This document shows, one piece after another, positions 12,601 to 27,600 of a stretch of DNA of 64,000 nt. The notes beneath the pieces are model-generated. The model was given only the letters and a program-made list of their open reading frames with translations, did no database searches and had not been told where the DNA came from. Position numbers and translations under genes: made by a program. Within the stretch, counting starts at the first letter, position 1, and every line of letters starts with the position of its first letter. This stretch comes from Hypanus sabinus (Eukaryota). The DNA is taken from NCBI RefSeq assembly GCF_030144855.1, contig NC_082713.1, positions 22,320,001-22,384,000 of the forward strand. The letters are read 5' to 3'.

Positions 12601-15600
12601 CCCTCTATAGATGCTGCCTGACTTGCTGAGTTTATTATTTATTCACTGAGACACAGTGCATAATTGGCCTTTCGAGCTGTGGCGCCCAGCAATCCCCCAA
12701 TTTAACCCTAGCCTAATCATGGGACAATTTACAATGACCAATTAACCTACTAATCTCTTTGAACTGTGGGAAGAAACCGGAGCACCTGGAGGAAGCCCAT
12801 GCGGTGACGAGGGGGGCGTGCAAACTCCTTACAGGCAGCAGCAGGAATTGAACCTGGGTCGCTGATACAATAAAGTGTTGTGCTAACCACTATGCTACCG
12901 TGCAGCACCCCCACCCCACCCCGGCCACCCAACTCCCAAGCATTTTATGTGTTTCCAAGTATATACCATACACTTTGTAAAAGAACGTCAGTGTGCCTCT
13001 GTCCTAAGTTGCCAAGTCCTAATCCTGAGATCACGTTTCCTTATTTTGGACTCTTCAGCCTGAGGCCATAACTTCACACCCTCTACCTTGTCTGTCTCTC
13101 TTAGAATACTGTCTGTTTCAGTGGAGGTTAGCATACATTACTTTGCAGTCATGATAAAGGACCCAATAACCTACAGTCAACCATTTTACACTAATACCCA
13201 AAGCACAACATCCCTTCCAGGGAATATTCCTTCAAAAATGTTAACTTCTGGGGGGAAGATTTTGGAAATTTTTGGGGAGCAGAGAAAAGTTAGCTCTTTT
13301 AAAGCTGTAAGTGTTAAAGGATGATTGACGGTTGCCTTGGGTACAATCAATGCCAGTGAAATGGTCTGTCAAGGAATCTCCTGCCGTTGGTTCCACAGTG
13401 TGAACTTGTTGCTGATTTGCATATTATGTAAACAGTCCTCCCCCTTTTCTTTTCATCTATTCCCCATTCTGGCTTCCCTCTTACGCCTTCTCTTCTCCTC
13501 AACTGCCAACCACCTCCTTCTGGTGCCCCTCCTCCTTCCCTATCTCCTATGGTCCACTCTCCTATCAGATTCTTTCCTCTTCAACCCTTTACTTTTCCTC
13601 CTATCACCTCACAGCTTTTCTCATCATTCTCCCTTCCCAACCCACCTACTTCCCTCTCACCTTGTTTCACCTATCACCTGCCAGCTTTTGCCTTTTCCAC
13701 TTCCCCCTTCCTATTCTGCCTTCTTCCCCCTTCCTTTCCCGTCGTGATGAAGGTTCTTGTTCCAACAGATGCTGCCTGACCTTCTGTGTTCACCATCATT
13801 TTGTGTGTGTTGCTATAAATAACCACAGTCATTTTAAGGTGACCAACCATTCCTCTGTCTCACATGAACTAAAATACTTGTTTTGCTTTTGATTGTAGGC
13901 GTGCGGTGTAGATTTTGAAGTGAAAGCATTCTGTGCCGATAGCCTGGAAGAGAAGGTTCATAAAAGGTACATGATCCTTCACCGCCTGAACATCTGTCTC
14001 CATTCAGACAGGGGTAGTTGTTTGCTTCAAATATTCTATGTTTTTTTCATTAATATTAGCTTTCCAAATTCTTATAAATTGTTCAGTCTAATTCTCCAGT
14101 GGTCACCTCTCAGATTCACCCACTGAGTCCTGCTAAATGTTATTTCCTATTGAAACTCCTTCATATTGAATTGCAGCGTTACGTTTCAACATCCTGGAAT
14201 GCAATGACCAGACGAAGGACAGAAATTCCTTTATTCAGCTCTCCTGTGATTAATGTTCCTTCGCTTAATGTTTAATGTTAAATTAATGCTTCCTTCCTCT
14301 ACCCCTTTTGGACCTGGGGCAGTAAAACCAATTATTGCTTCTGTGAGCATTATGATTTGTTTTAATCCATTTATTTAATAGCGGGTTTTCACAGTGGTAA
14401 AGCCATCATATACTGCCGGTGTCTAATCACCCTGTGACAGTGGTAATGATTCACATTTTTGAATTGCTACAAAATATCTGGTGAATTCCAGGACATACCG
14501 TATACCATGTATTTCCAAGTCAGGATAGCATGTGACTAAGAGGGAAATGAAAGGTGGTTATGATCACCTTTGCCAATTGCACTTGTCCTTCCTCATGGCA
14601 GAAGAGACCAGACGTGCTCTTGGTATAGTTCAGAACAACCTAAGCCTTCGCTCCCATAAAGCCCTCCATTTGTCAATCATCCATAAGACTATAAGACATA
14701 GGAGCAGAATTAGGCCATCTGGCCCATCAGACCTGCTCCACTATTCTATCATGGCTGATTATAATCCTTCTCAACCCCATTCTTCTGCCTTCTCCCCATA
14801 AATGTTTACACTCTGACTAATCAAGAAGCTATCAATCTTCTTTTAAAATAACCTATTGACTTTGTCTCCAAAGGTATCTGTGGTAATGAATTCCATAGAT
14901 TCACCACCCTCTGGTTAAAGATATTCCTCCTAATTTCTATTCTAAAGGGACATCCTTCTATTTTGAGTCTGTACCCTCTGGTCCTAGACTCTCCAAACTT
15001 TCTTTTCATGTCCACTCTATCCAGGCCTTTCAATATTTGATAACTTTCAATGACATCCCCCTTCATTCTTCTAAACTGCACTGAGTACAGGCCCAGAACC
15101 ATCCATTTGCTAATCTATTCTCTGAAATGTCCCTAATATGCCAGCCTAGATAAGTTTGTTTTAATAGTGGAGGAATGAAAGTTAATAAGATCCTTGATGT
15201 GAAGTGCAGAAAGATTAGCCCAAGAATCATAAATGAAACAGCATAAGAAAGATAATTTACCCATTTTAGTTGCACCGGCATTTGAAGATTAACTTTCCTT
15301 TAGTATTCTTCAAGAACTACCAATGGTAAATGGTAGGGTATTGAAGAATGCAGTAGAACAGAGTTATCTAGGAATAGTGCTGCATAGTTCCCTGAAGGTG
15401 GAATCTCATGTGGATAGTGTGGTGAAGAAAGCTTTTGGTATGCTGGCCTTTATAAATCAGAGCATTGAGTATAGGAGTTGGGATGTAATGTTAAAATTGT
15501 ACAAGGCATTGGTAAGGCAAAATCTGCAGTATTGTGTATAGTTCTGTTCACCAAATTGTAGGAAAGATGTCAACAATATAGAGAGAGTACAGAGAAGATT

Positions 15601-18600
15601 TACTAAAGTGTTACCCAGGTTTCAGCACCTAAGTTACAGGGAAAGGTTGAACAAGTTAGATCTTTATTCTTTGGAATGTAGAAGGTTGAGGGGGGACTTG
15701 ATAGAGGCATTTAAAATTATGAGAGGGGATAGATAGAATTGACGTGGATAGGCTTTTTCCATTAAGAGTAGGGGAGATTAAAAAGAGGACATCAGTTGAG
15801 AGTTAAGGGGCAAAAGTTTAGGGGTAACATGAGGGGGAACTTCTTTATTCAGAGAGTGGTAGCTGTGTGGAACGAGCTTCCAAAAGAAGTGGTAGAGGCA
15901 GGTTCGGTATTGTCATTTAAAGTGAAAGTGGATAGGTATATGGACAGGAAAGAAATGGAGGGTTATGGGCTCAGTGCTTGTCAGTGGGACTAGGTGAGAG
16001 TAAGCATTCAGCATGGACTAGAAGGGCCAAGATGGCCTGTTTCCGTGCTGAAATTGTTAAATGCTTATATGGTTATATAACACCAATTCTCTGAACAGTT
16101 ATCACTGAAGCATCTCCCACCTGTTCAGATGATACATTGGAGAACACAATTTATGATTTCTCTTCATCTTCTGGTTTAGTTTTGGGGTTAGATGACATCA
16201 TTTTTCCAAATTTTGAGGGATGGAAACTTTTCCCCCAATTCTAATTGTATCCAGTTTCTCTCTGCTATTAGAAACCAATTATTCAATCACACTGCATTGT
16301 TGAAACCCTGTTGTCAGAATCAGAAGCAGTTTTTTTAGGACTGTCCTAAATGGCATGAAACTTGAAATTTGGGGCATCAGTGCAAAGACCTAAGTTTGCT
16401 ATGAATTACAAAATAGTACAATAATTTTGTTATGAGGTAATGTTCATGGGTTCACAGAATATTAAAAATTTTGATGGCAGAATGAAAGAACCTGTTTTTG
16501 AATCATGAAGTGTGAGCCTTTAAGTTCCTGTACCTTCTCCCGATGGTAGTTATGAGAAATGAGCAAACTCTGGATGGTGAGAGTCCTTTATGATCTGCCA
16601 TTAATCATCACCACTCTCAAGAGACCAGCCCTGGTCTCTTCAGATCACCACATAATTCTGCATTCCCACAACTTGTTTCATAAGTCTCTGTGCATTTTCT
16701 CTACAGCCTTGAGATCCTTCAGAAGTTGTGGTACCCCCAATTGGACACAATTTTCCAGATGAGATTGAAAGTTCAGCATAACTTCCTCCATTCTTCTCTG
16801 CTTATATCACCTGGAGTCCACTAGCTATTAAAATAGTGTTTTTAATTTGCCTTTCCATCTTCTAAGATCTCTTTTTTCATGCAGCTATGTTAAACTAGCT
16901 ATTTCGCTTTTAGATTTCCTCATAGCCTACACATTCCTTTGCCACACGGTTGGTAGGCTCAAGTCTAAATACTTCTGGCACTCTTTTCAAGTGGCTTTTC
17001 TTTAAGGTGGGGAGCCCAGAATGGGTACTGTCAGTCATAAGTCCATTCATCTATTCTCCAATTCCCTTTGCTTTGATTTATCATGATATCTTTTCAATTT
17101 TGTTACTGAAGTATGTAGCTTAGCAATAAATCCCACCTACCATATGTTGCCCCATTTTGCCATTTGGTCTGTTGCTCACCTTACCGATTTCATATTTTTC
17201 TGAGTTCCACACATTCTGCAGCTGCGTATCCAAGTGCAGACAGTAATGTATTTCATAAAGACGTTAGTTTCGGAGAGGGAAGAAAACTGCACAGTTTCCT
17301 CTGGTTAGAAAATACAGTCATTCTCTATTAATCTCTGCTTCCTGTCTCAGATGGTTATGTTCTCACCCAGCCACTGCTTTTTACCACCTAATTTTCCAAA
17401 AGGGAAAAGTAAGTACTTATACTAAGAGCTGACTTTCATTAAATCTCCTTCCTCGCTCAGTTAGAGTTGCTAGTTTTCAGCTGCAGGTGTGATTCAATTC
17501 AATTGGATTTCAACTACCTCCAGATGTGTCAGCAGGTAATAGATCTCAATTTTCCACTCAAAACATGTCTTTCAAAACCATTCACAGCCCCACCCGAGTC
17601 TTGTAGTGATAACACTACAAGAGGAGGAAAAATTGATTTTTTTTTCACCAAGTGGGATCCATTAGCAGGAGCCACCAGAGGGTGTGCTTGAGCAGAGTGT
17701 CAGAAATGTTTACAGAGTGACCTTGCAACAGTGAGTGTGGAGTTGAGGAGGATCAAGGTATGATCTGACAATGCAGAACCTATAGATGCTGGCAAACTGA
17801 AGCAAAAGCAGGAAATGCAGGAATCACTCAGCAGCGTCAGAATTAGAATTAGAATCAGCTTTATTATCACTGATAAATTTTATTTTGCAGTAGCAATACA
17901 GTGCAGTATATTTAAAAATATAAATTACAATATGATATATATATTCATATTGTGTATATGTGTATTGTATAAATCAAGCAGTGTAAAAAAGAGCAAAATA
18001 ATGAAGTAGTGTTCAAGCATTGTTTCATTGTTTATTCAGAAATCTGATGGCAGAAGGTAAGAAGCTGTTCCTGAAATGTTGAATGTGTGTCTTCAGGTTC
18101 CTCTACCTGCTCCCTGACAACAGCAATGAGAAGAGGGCATGCCCTTTGTGATAGAGCCCTTAATGATAGATGCTGCCTTTTTGAGGCATTGCCTTTTGAA
18201 GGTATCCATGATGCTGGGGAGAGCAGTTCCCATGATGAAACTGGCTGAGTTTGCAACCCTCAGCAGCTTTTTTTTTCTGATCCTGTACATTGGCACCTAC
18301 AGAAAGAGAAAACAGATTTTATCATTTTGAATCTAAGACTCATTCCTTGGATGCTTTCTGAACTGCTGAGGGGTTCCAGCATCTTTGGTTTCTGCTACGG
18401 TGCAAGACTTTTTCCAGTTGTGTTTCATTCACCTCAGGGAACGTGAATCAAATTTGATGAAGTGGTTTGGGGTTGAAGTTGTTCAGTGTTTATGTTCTCT
18501 ATATCAGGAATTCGGTGAGGCTGATTATCCGTAAGGTACAGTACGCTCCCGAGCAAGGATCCTTGCAACCCATGTCGGAAGCCACTCGTCAGTTCCTCAT

Positions 18601-21600
18601 GTCAGACAAGCCACTGCTCCTGAAGGCATCACTTAGCAAAGAGGTCAGTTCCAATCATACCGAATTACTGGAATTAATCCAAGTGGACTGGGTGGCACTG
18701 ACACAAAGTTTAATTTCAAATTTCAAAGTAAATATATACAACTGTCTGCTCTTGAACCTATTTCTGTGAAAATGATAAGAGGATTCATACTCTAAATATG
18801 AAAGTAATATTTCACCCAATTCTAGTCCACTGCTTTTAAAAGATTAAGTTCCATCCCAAAACAATCCATATTGTTATTTTTGGATAATTTGTGACATCCA
18901 TATGGACAAAAACTGGGCTCAATCAGTTTTTATTTGCATTAACCTTTCATTGCTGGTAACCTGACTTTCCCTGTGAAAGAGAATAACCTTCCTTATGGAA
19001 TTTTGCCCAACAATTGCATTCAACAGGATTTTCTAAAGGAAATTTCCCTATTTTGAGTGAAGCAACAATAATTGCAGACAATGCAAAAATTGGCAAAGCT
19101 GTGGAAAGTGGGGGAGATTGCCAAAGGTTTTAGCAGGGTGCAGACCAGTTGAAATATGGGCAGAGAGAAATGGCAGAAAGAGTTTTTATCTGGACAGTGT
19201 GACTGAGAGTTTAAATGTAACAGGAAAGTATACAGAAAATCACAGGACACTAAAGAGCATTGGTGTATTGTGGATCAAATTGGAGCAACCTGACTGTAGC
19301 AACACTATTAGACAGTGCGATAAAGAAGGAGTATGGTATACTTGTTTTCATTGGTTAGGGCATTGAGTATAAACGTTCGAAGTTTAAAGTAAATTTATTA
19401 TCCAAGTAAATATATGTCACTCTCTACTGCCTTGAGATCAATTTTCTTGCAGGAACTTACAGAAAAAAATAAATCATATAGGACTTACAAAAAAGTATAC
19501 AAAAATAGAGACTAACAATCAATGTGCAAAAGAAGACAAATTGTATAAATAGAATAATAATACTGAGAACATGAGTTATAGAAAGTGATCCTATAGGTCG
19601 TAGGATCAGTTCAGAGCGATGATGATTGGAATTATCCACGCAGATTCAGGAGCCTGATGGTTGAAGGGTAGTAACTGCTCCTGAACCTGGTGGTGTGGGA
19701 CCCAAGGATTCTGTACTTCCTACCCAATGGCAGTAGTATGAAGAGACCAGTGCCTGGATTGTGGAGGTCTTTGACGATGGATGTAGATGGATGATGGATG
19801 GTCTTTGTTGTGTTGGCACTCCGTGTAAGTACGCTCAGTGGTGGGGTGGGCTTCACCTGTGATGGGCTGAGCTGTACCTATGATTTTATATATCATTTTC
19901 TGTTCTTCGGCATCAGCATTCCCATGATGCAACCATTTAGTGTACTCTATACAGTGCCCCTATGGAAGTCTGTCAAAGCTCAAACGAATAGCAACTGAAT
20001 GGAACAGCTGGGGCTCAATTGCCTCTGAGTCAAGGGGCTGTAAGTTTAATTCTCTCCAAGAATGCGAGCATTGAAATCACAGATCTGAGAGTGGGCTGCA
20101 CTATTAAGAGTGCCTTCTTTAGCATAAATTTCTAAACTGAGATGCAGTGCCCTCTGGTGGTACAAACATTCAATAGAACTTCCAGAGATCTGGACATAAC
20201 CATTTCCTGGGTTAGAGATATGTAAAATAGAAAATACATCCCAGAAGTCAGATTGTGTTTTTATGTGTTCTGTGATCCAATTTCTTAGATAAACAAAGTG
20301 TATTTTAAAATTGGGATTTAAAATGAAGTGCATGATTTTCATTGCGGAGCATTAGTGTAGGAAACAGCCTGGTCAGGCGGAGTGCTGTCTGACATATGAA
20401 GCACACATCTGGATGTTACTCCACATTTGCCAGTCAGGCATGTGTGACCGGAGGTGTCCCAAAATCTCTCCTTCCACTGGTAATAAGACCATAAGACATA
20501 GAAGCACAATTAATCCATTCAGTCCGTCAAGTCTTCTCCACCATTCCATCTTGGCTAATTTATTATCCCTCTAAATACCATTCTCCTGCCTTCTCCCCAT
20601 AACCTTCTGACTGAACAAGAACCTATTAACCTCCACTTTAAATATGCCTAATGATTTGGCCTCCATAGCCATCTATGGCAATAAATTCCACAGATACACT
20701 ACCTTCTGGCTAAAAAAATTCCTCTTCTTTATTCTAAATGGATTTCTCTCTAATCTGAGGCTGTGCCCTCTGTCATGGACTCTCCGACAATAGGAAACTT
20801 TGTCTTCACATCCGCTCTATTTTAGACTTGCAATATTCATTACATTTAAATGAGATCCCCTCTCATTCTTTTAAACTCCAACGAGTGCAGGCCCAGAGCT
20901 ATCAAATGCTCCTCATACGTTAAGCCTTTCATTCCTGAAATTGTTCTTGTAAACCTCCTCTTGACCTTTTCCAATGCCAACACATCTTTCTTTAGACAAG
21001 GGGCCCAAAACTGCTCACAATATTCCAAGTGCAATCTGACCAAAGCCTAATAAAACTTGAGCATTACATCGGCAACACGAGTGAATCTGCAGATGCTGGA
21101 AATAAAAACACAAAATGCTGGCAGAACTCAGCAGGCCAGACAGCATCTATGGGAGGAGGTAGTGATGATGTTTTGGCCTGTAATGTCGTCACTATCTCCT
21201 CCCATAGATGCTGTCTGACCTGCTGAGTTCTGCCAGAATTTTGTGTTTTTATTGAGTATTAGATCCTTGTTTTTTTTTATATTCTAGTCTTCTTGAATTG
21301 AATGTTAACATTGCATTTGTCTTCCTCACCACAGACTCAACCTGCAAGTTAACCTTTAAAGAATCCTGCACGGGGACTCCCAAATCCCACAGCACCTCTG
21401 ATTGTTGAATTTTCTCCCTGTTCAGATAATAGTGTATTCCATTGTTCCTTTTACCAAACTGCATGATCATACATTTTGCCACACTGCCACACCTTTGCTT
21501 ATTTTCCCAATCTGTTTATTTTCTTCTGCAGATTACCTCCTTCCTCATCACTACCTGTCTTCAAACCATCCATTCCATTCTCCAAATCTTTGACATTTAA

Positions 21601-24600
21601 TGTGAAAAGAAGTGGTCCCTGTAGAACACCACGTCACCAGCACCAAAGCAGAAAAGGCCCCCTTTTTCCCGCCCTTTGCCTCCTGCAGGTCAACCAATCT
21701 TCTAGTAATATCTTGTTAAGCAGTCCCATGAGCTGCATCTTGTCAAAGGACTTCTGAAAACCCAAGTATACAACATCTACTAAATCCCTTTTGTCTACCT
21801 TGCATATTTCTTCAAAGAATTCCAACAGATTTGTCAGGAAAGATATCTATTTAAGGAAATTATGCTGATTTTGGCCTATTTTATCTTTTTCCTCCAAGTA
21901 CCATGAAACCTCAGCTTCAGTAATGGACTTTAACATTTTCCGAATCTCTGAAGTCAGGCTAGCTGGCCTATAATTTCCTTCTTTCTGTAATAGGTTGTAA
22001 GAATATTGGAGCAGGAGCAGATCATTCAGCCCTCCAAGCCTGCCCTGCCATTCATTCTGGTCATGACGTTTTCTGCCTCAGGCCCCACTTCCTTTTTTTG
22101 TGCCAATTCACCATTGCCCTCAATTCAGTAATCTTTCAAAATAATCTACTTTTGATGTTAGAGCCAGGTTCGGATTGGTTACATCGGAGTGATTTGTTTC
22201 TCAGGGCTCTTCTGGCCCTCTCCACCTCCTCACCATGCTGGTGACCACCACTTTCTCACAAGTGCCCAACACTCTGCCAACCTTACACTCCCCAAATGCT
22301 ACTGCAGAGTTTTCCAAAATCCCACCCCTACCCCAACCAGTTACTCCAATCCTGATATACTAGGCAGGGTGGTAGCATCACGGTTAGCATAACACTTTAC
22401 TGTCTCAGCAATCACCATTGGGGTTAAATGACTTATTGTCGTCTGTAAGGGGATTGTATGTTCTCTCTGTGATCATGTGGGTTTCCTCCTGTATTCCAAA
22501 GACATACGAGGTAGGGTTAGTATGTGGGCGCTAGAAGCATGACAATACTTGAGCTGCCCCAGTCCATCCTTGGACTGAGTGGGTCGCTGACCTGCCAATG
22601 ACTCATTTCACTGTATGTTTCAGTATTTCAATGTACATACGACAAGTGAAGCTAATCCCAAATCTGAACACCAGCCTGCAGCCCTGACGATTCAATAAAT
22701 GTTTAGCAAGCCAAGCAGCATTTGTGGGAAGTGAAAAAGAGTTAAAGTTTCAGGTTGATGACCTATCATTATAACCTTGGTCCTTTGCTTTGCAATGTTT
22801 CTAAATCTGCTAGCAATAGATTCAGACGAAAAATAATTGCTGTCCCTCTCCCAACCCTAATGCCATATTGTGATTTTTTAGTGCACCTCTAGAGGTACAG
22901 ATGGATAATAGGCTGTATTCTGGTTCTTATTGTGGGAGCCTGCTATGCGCAATTTGGCTTCATTGAAACCTTCACCCTCCCTCAACACTCCCTGAACAGT
23001 ACATGCACACGCCAATCTGCAACCTGACCCAAATCAGCATATTCCAGATATCCGACAAATTTCCTCCATGGCTTTCACAAGTCTAAGGAGCTCCTCTCTG
23101 ACACCTCAGTCTCCAAATGTGCTTCATGGACTATACTTGTGGAATTCTTGAAGCTGAAAGCTTCTTTACAAATTCATGCATTTTGTTCATTGACTGCCTC
23201 AAGATAAATTATTACTCAGAACTCAGAACACTTGTCTGTCTTCTGTTATCTAGCTACATAAGAACATTATTAGAAATCAGTACAAATGAGTTTTTAAAGA
23301 CGAATGGCAGTTCTGTGATATGTGTCTGCTAAATCCTATACTCTCCTAATAAGAGCTAGGAGACAAAGAAGCAGAATTAGGCCATTTGGTCCATAATGTC
23401 TGCTCTGCCATCCCATCATGTCTGATTTATTATTCCTCTCAACCTCATTCCCCTGCTTTCTCCCCATAACCCCATAACTTTCTCCCTATAATGTAAAAGG
23501 AAGGGCATGTTGTACCAATGGAGGCCGTCAACCAATGTACAAGGGTGTACACACTCACCTCTATACATTATATCATTGCGCTGACAGTTCAAACCAGTGT
23601 CAGGATCAGAAATCAGACCATACAAAGAAGGGGAGAAAAAGAAAGGGTGAATGGAAAAAATCCACTATTTAATTTTTTTTTTTAGAAATTGTAATTACTT
23701 TTTATAAAAGCCCTCGAGCAAAGCACTAAATAATCCCACTTAATCCAATCAGTAGATGGAGGACAATGCTGGCTGATCTTTCACTAAGTAGTAATCCCTG
23801 TGATATTTGCAGCCTTTCCTGAGTCCAACAAGCATTAGTGAATGCCATTTAATCCTAAATACACTCAAGCCTCAATGAAAATACTTTTCTAAAAATGTAA
23901 CATAGAATGTGAATACAATGTGTAAAACAATGTATTTTAATGTATAGTGTCATTCACCAAGGGAATAGCATGTAAACCCTGCATACAAAAAGCAATATGT
24001 GCTGATGTGAATGGATATATAACCATATAACCATATAACAATCACAGCACGGAAACAGGCCATCTCAGCCCTCCTAGTCCGTGCCAAACTCTTAATCTCA
24101 CCTAGTCCCACCTACCCGCACTCAGCCCATAACCCTCCATTCCTTTCCTGTCCATATACCTATCCAATTTTACCTTAAATGACACAACTGAACTGGCCTC
24201 TACTACTTCTACAGGAAGCTCATTCCACACAGCTATCACTCTCTGAGTAAACAAATACCCCCTCATGTTTTCCTTAAACTTCTGCCCCCTAACTCTCAAA
24301 TCATGTCCTCTCATTTGAATTTCCCCTACTCTCAATGGAAACAGCCTATTCACGTCAACTCTATCTATCCCTCTCAAAATTTTAAATACCTCGATCAAGT
24401 CCCCCCTCAACCTTCTACGCTCCAATGAATAGAGACCTAACTTGTTCAACCTTTCTCGGTAACTTAAGTGATATAACGATGCAGCTTGTCTGACAAAAGA
24501 AAACAAGACCTATAGAGAAACTAAATTATGTTATAAATTATTTTCCAGTAAGATGGCGGTGCACTCGGTCAACCAAAGGTGTTATTGTACGTTTTAAACG

Positions 24601-27600
24601 GTTTTTACGATCATAAGACCGTCTTGGACATTGGTGGTGTCGAGTGCTGCAAGTCCTGTTTATTGACTATTTGGCAAACAGCAGGGAAGCTGTGAGGCGT
24701 TGGTCTTAAGCTGTGGTGCCTCCTGTTTGTAGTTGCGCGTGGGGAGGCATCAGATTTGGTGCTCCACTGGAGTGCCAGAGGTGTCTGGCTCAGTGTCCTC
24801 TCTGAAGTCAATGCTGCCACTAGTGTCTGGTCAGCAGTAGACAAGCTAGATTGTGTTCATACGCAGCCTGCTGCAAATTTGATGGACGCAGGGATTTGGA
24901 CTATATTTTGTTTTGCGTAATCGTATTTTACTGCTATCTGTACGGGCTATATGTGTTTTGTGCTGTGTATGACTGTTGGTGCTGTGTTTTTCACCTCGCC
25001 CCCGGACTGATGCTGTTTCGTTTGGCTGTATTCATGGATATTCATGTGTGGTTGAATGACTGTTAAACTTGAAGTTGATCTTGTCCAGTGTAGAATAAGT
25101 CCTTTGACCCACTGTGTCCATCCCAACCATAATGTCCATCAAGTCTAATCCCACATCGTCCCTTTATGGCCTGCTCATTCAAATACCTATGCAAATGCTT
25201 TTTAAATGTCATTGTTCCTGCTTCCACCATCTCCTCTGGCAGCTCATTCCAGATTCAAACTATTCATTCCATGAAAAATTTACACTTTCATCCTTTGAAC
25301 ATCCTCCCCCTCACCTTAAACCTATGCCCTCCAGCTTTAGACCAGCAAGACAACCTTTGGAGATGATTTTAGTTTAAATTTAAAATGTTCAGCAGATAAT
25401 TTACTGGTTAATTTGTACTATTTGATGGTAGAAGATGTTGCAGTACCAAGGAGGTGTGTGTTAAATTGTAAATTGTGTAAAGTTCAGTTAAGATTCCTTA
25501 GTCCTCAGTTAGCTAGTTGCTAGAGCATAGAATCAGTTTATCAGTTTGGAGCATTAAGGGGGGTATCTTTAACAAGGGGATTCAATAGTGGGAGGAACAG
25601 AGAGGAGGTTCTGTCAACCTGGTAGGATACCTGCATGGTGTTTTGACTCCCAGGTGCCAGGGTATGGGATGTCTCGGATTGGGTGCAGAGAATTCTGAAA
25701 GGAGAGGGTGAACAGCCAGAAGTGTTGGTACACATTGGTACCAATGACAGAGGTAGAAAAAAGGAGAGGTCCTGAAGAGAGAATTCAGGGAGTTGCAGGA
25801 CCTCCAGTGTTGTAATCTCAGGGTTGCTGCCTGTGCCAGATGCTAACGAGTGCAAAAATAACATGATCAGGCATATTAATGTGTGGCTGAGAGACTGGTG
25901 TATGGGGCAGGGCTTCAGGTTCCTGGATCACTTGGGCCTCTTCTGGGGGAGGTATGACCTGTACAAACGTGATGGGTTACACCTGAGCCCAAAGGGGTCC
26001 AATATCTGAGCAGACAGGTTTAATAGAGCTGTTTGGGAGGGTTTAAACTAATTTGGCAGGGCAATGGGAACCGGACTGAGGAAATGGAAAACAGAAATAA
26101 ATCAAAGATAGCAAGCAGCAGAGATAACAGAAAGAACAGGCAGAAGATGAGGCATAGTCACAGCCAGTGGGATGAGTTACAGGGTAATAAAGGCGTGGTA
26201 CCATTAAAGAAAGCAACAAATACTGGACTGGAAGTGTTATATTTGAATGCACACAGCACAAGAAATAAAATGGATAATCTTGAAATTCAGCTACAGATTG
26301 GCATCATCTCCAAGACTTGGCTAAAGAATGGCTGCCATTGGGAGCTGAACGTCCAAGGATATACGGTGTATCAGAACGATAGGTTAGCAGGCAGAGAGAG
26401 TGGTGTGGTTCTGTGTATAAGAAGTGATGTAAAATCATTGGAAAGGGTTGACATAGGATCGGAAGGCGTAGAAGGCCCCTAATGACAGTTGTATACAGAC
26501 CTCCAAACAACAGCCGGGATGTGAATTACAAATTACAGCTGGAGATAGAAAAGGCATGTCAGAAGAGCAATGTCATGACCATTGTGGGGATTTTAACGTG
26601 AAACTTCATTGGGAAAACCAGGCCAGTAATGGACAACAAGAGAGAATTTGTAGAATGTCTAAGGGATGGATTTTTAGAACAGTTTATTGCTGAGCCCACT
26701 AAGGGATCGGCTGTGCTGGATTGGGTGTTGTGCAATGATCCAGAGGTGATAAGAGAGCTTAAGGTAAAGGAACCCTTAGGGAACAGTGATCACAATATGA
26801 TTAGTTCACTTTGAAATTTGAGAAGGAGAAACTAAATTCCGATCTGTCAGTATTTCAGTGGATTAAAGGAAATTACAATGGCATGAGAGGGGAACTGGCC
26901 AAGGCTGACTGGAAAGACACACTGTGGAAGGAAGGACAACAGAGCAGCAATGGCTGGAATTCCTGAGAAAAATGAGGGAAGTACAAGAAAGATATATTCC
27001 AAATAAGAAAAAAAATTTCAAAGGGATGAAGGACACTACCGTGGCTGACAGGTGAAGTCAGAGCCAAAGTAAAAACAAAACAGAGGGCATACAAGGAAGC
27101 CAAAGCCAGTGGGAAGATATTGGGACGCTTATAAAAACTTGCAAAAAGAAACTCAGAAGGTCACAAGGAAGGAAAAGATGAATTACGAAAGGAAGCTGGT
27201 GGCTAATATCAAAGAAAATACGAAAAGCTTTTTTAGGTATATAAAGGGTAAAAGAGAGTCAGAGGTAGATATAGGATCTATACAAAATGGCGCTGAAGAT
27301 ATCGTAATTAGAGATGCAGAGATGACAGAGGAACTGAATGCGTATTTTGCATCAGTCTTCACCGTGAAGACATCTGCAGTATACCAGACATTCAAGAGTG
27401 TCAGAGAAGTGAAGAAAATGCAGTAAAAATTACATCCGAGAAGGTGCTCAGGAAGCTTAATGGTCTGAGGGTGGATAAATCTCCAGGACCTGATGGAATG
27501 CACACTTGGGTTCTGAAGGAAGTAGCTGGAAAGATTACAGAGATATTAGCAATGCTCTTTCAAGAATTGATTGATTTTGGGATTGTATCAGATGACTGGA

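Noticed and set aside
13325-13892. Three overlapping Leu/Pro/Ser/Phe-rich ORFs
   Set aside because: Artefact of a pyrimidine-rich repeat tract that lacks stops
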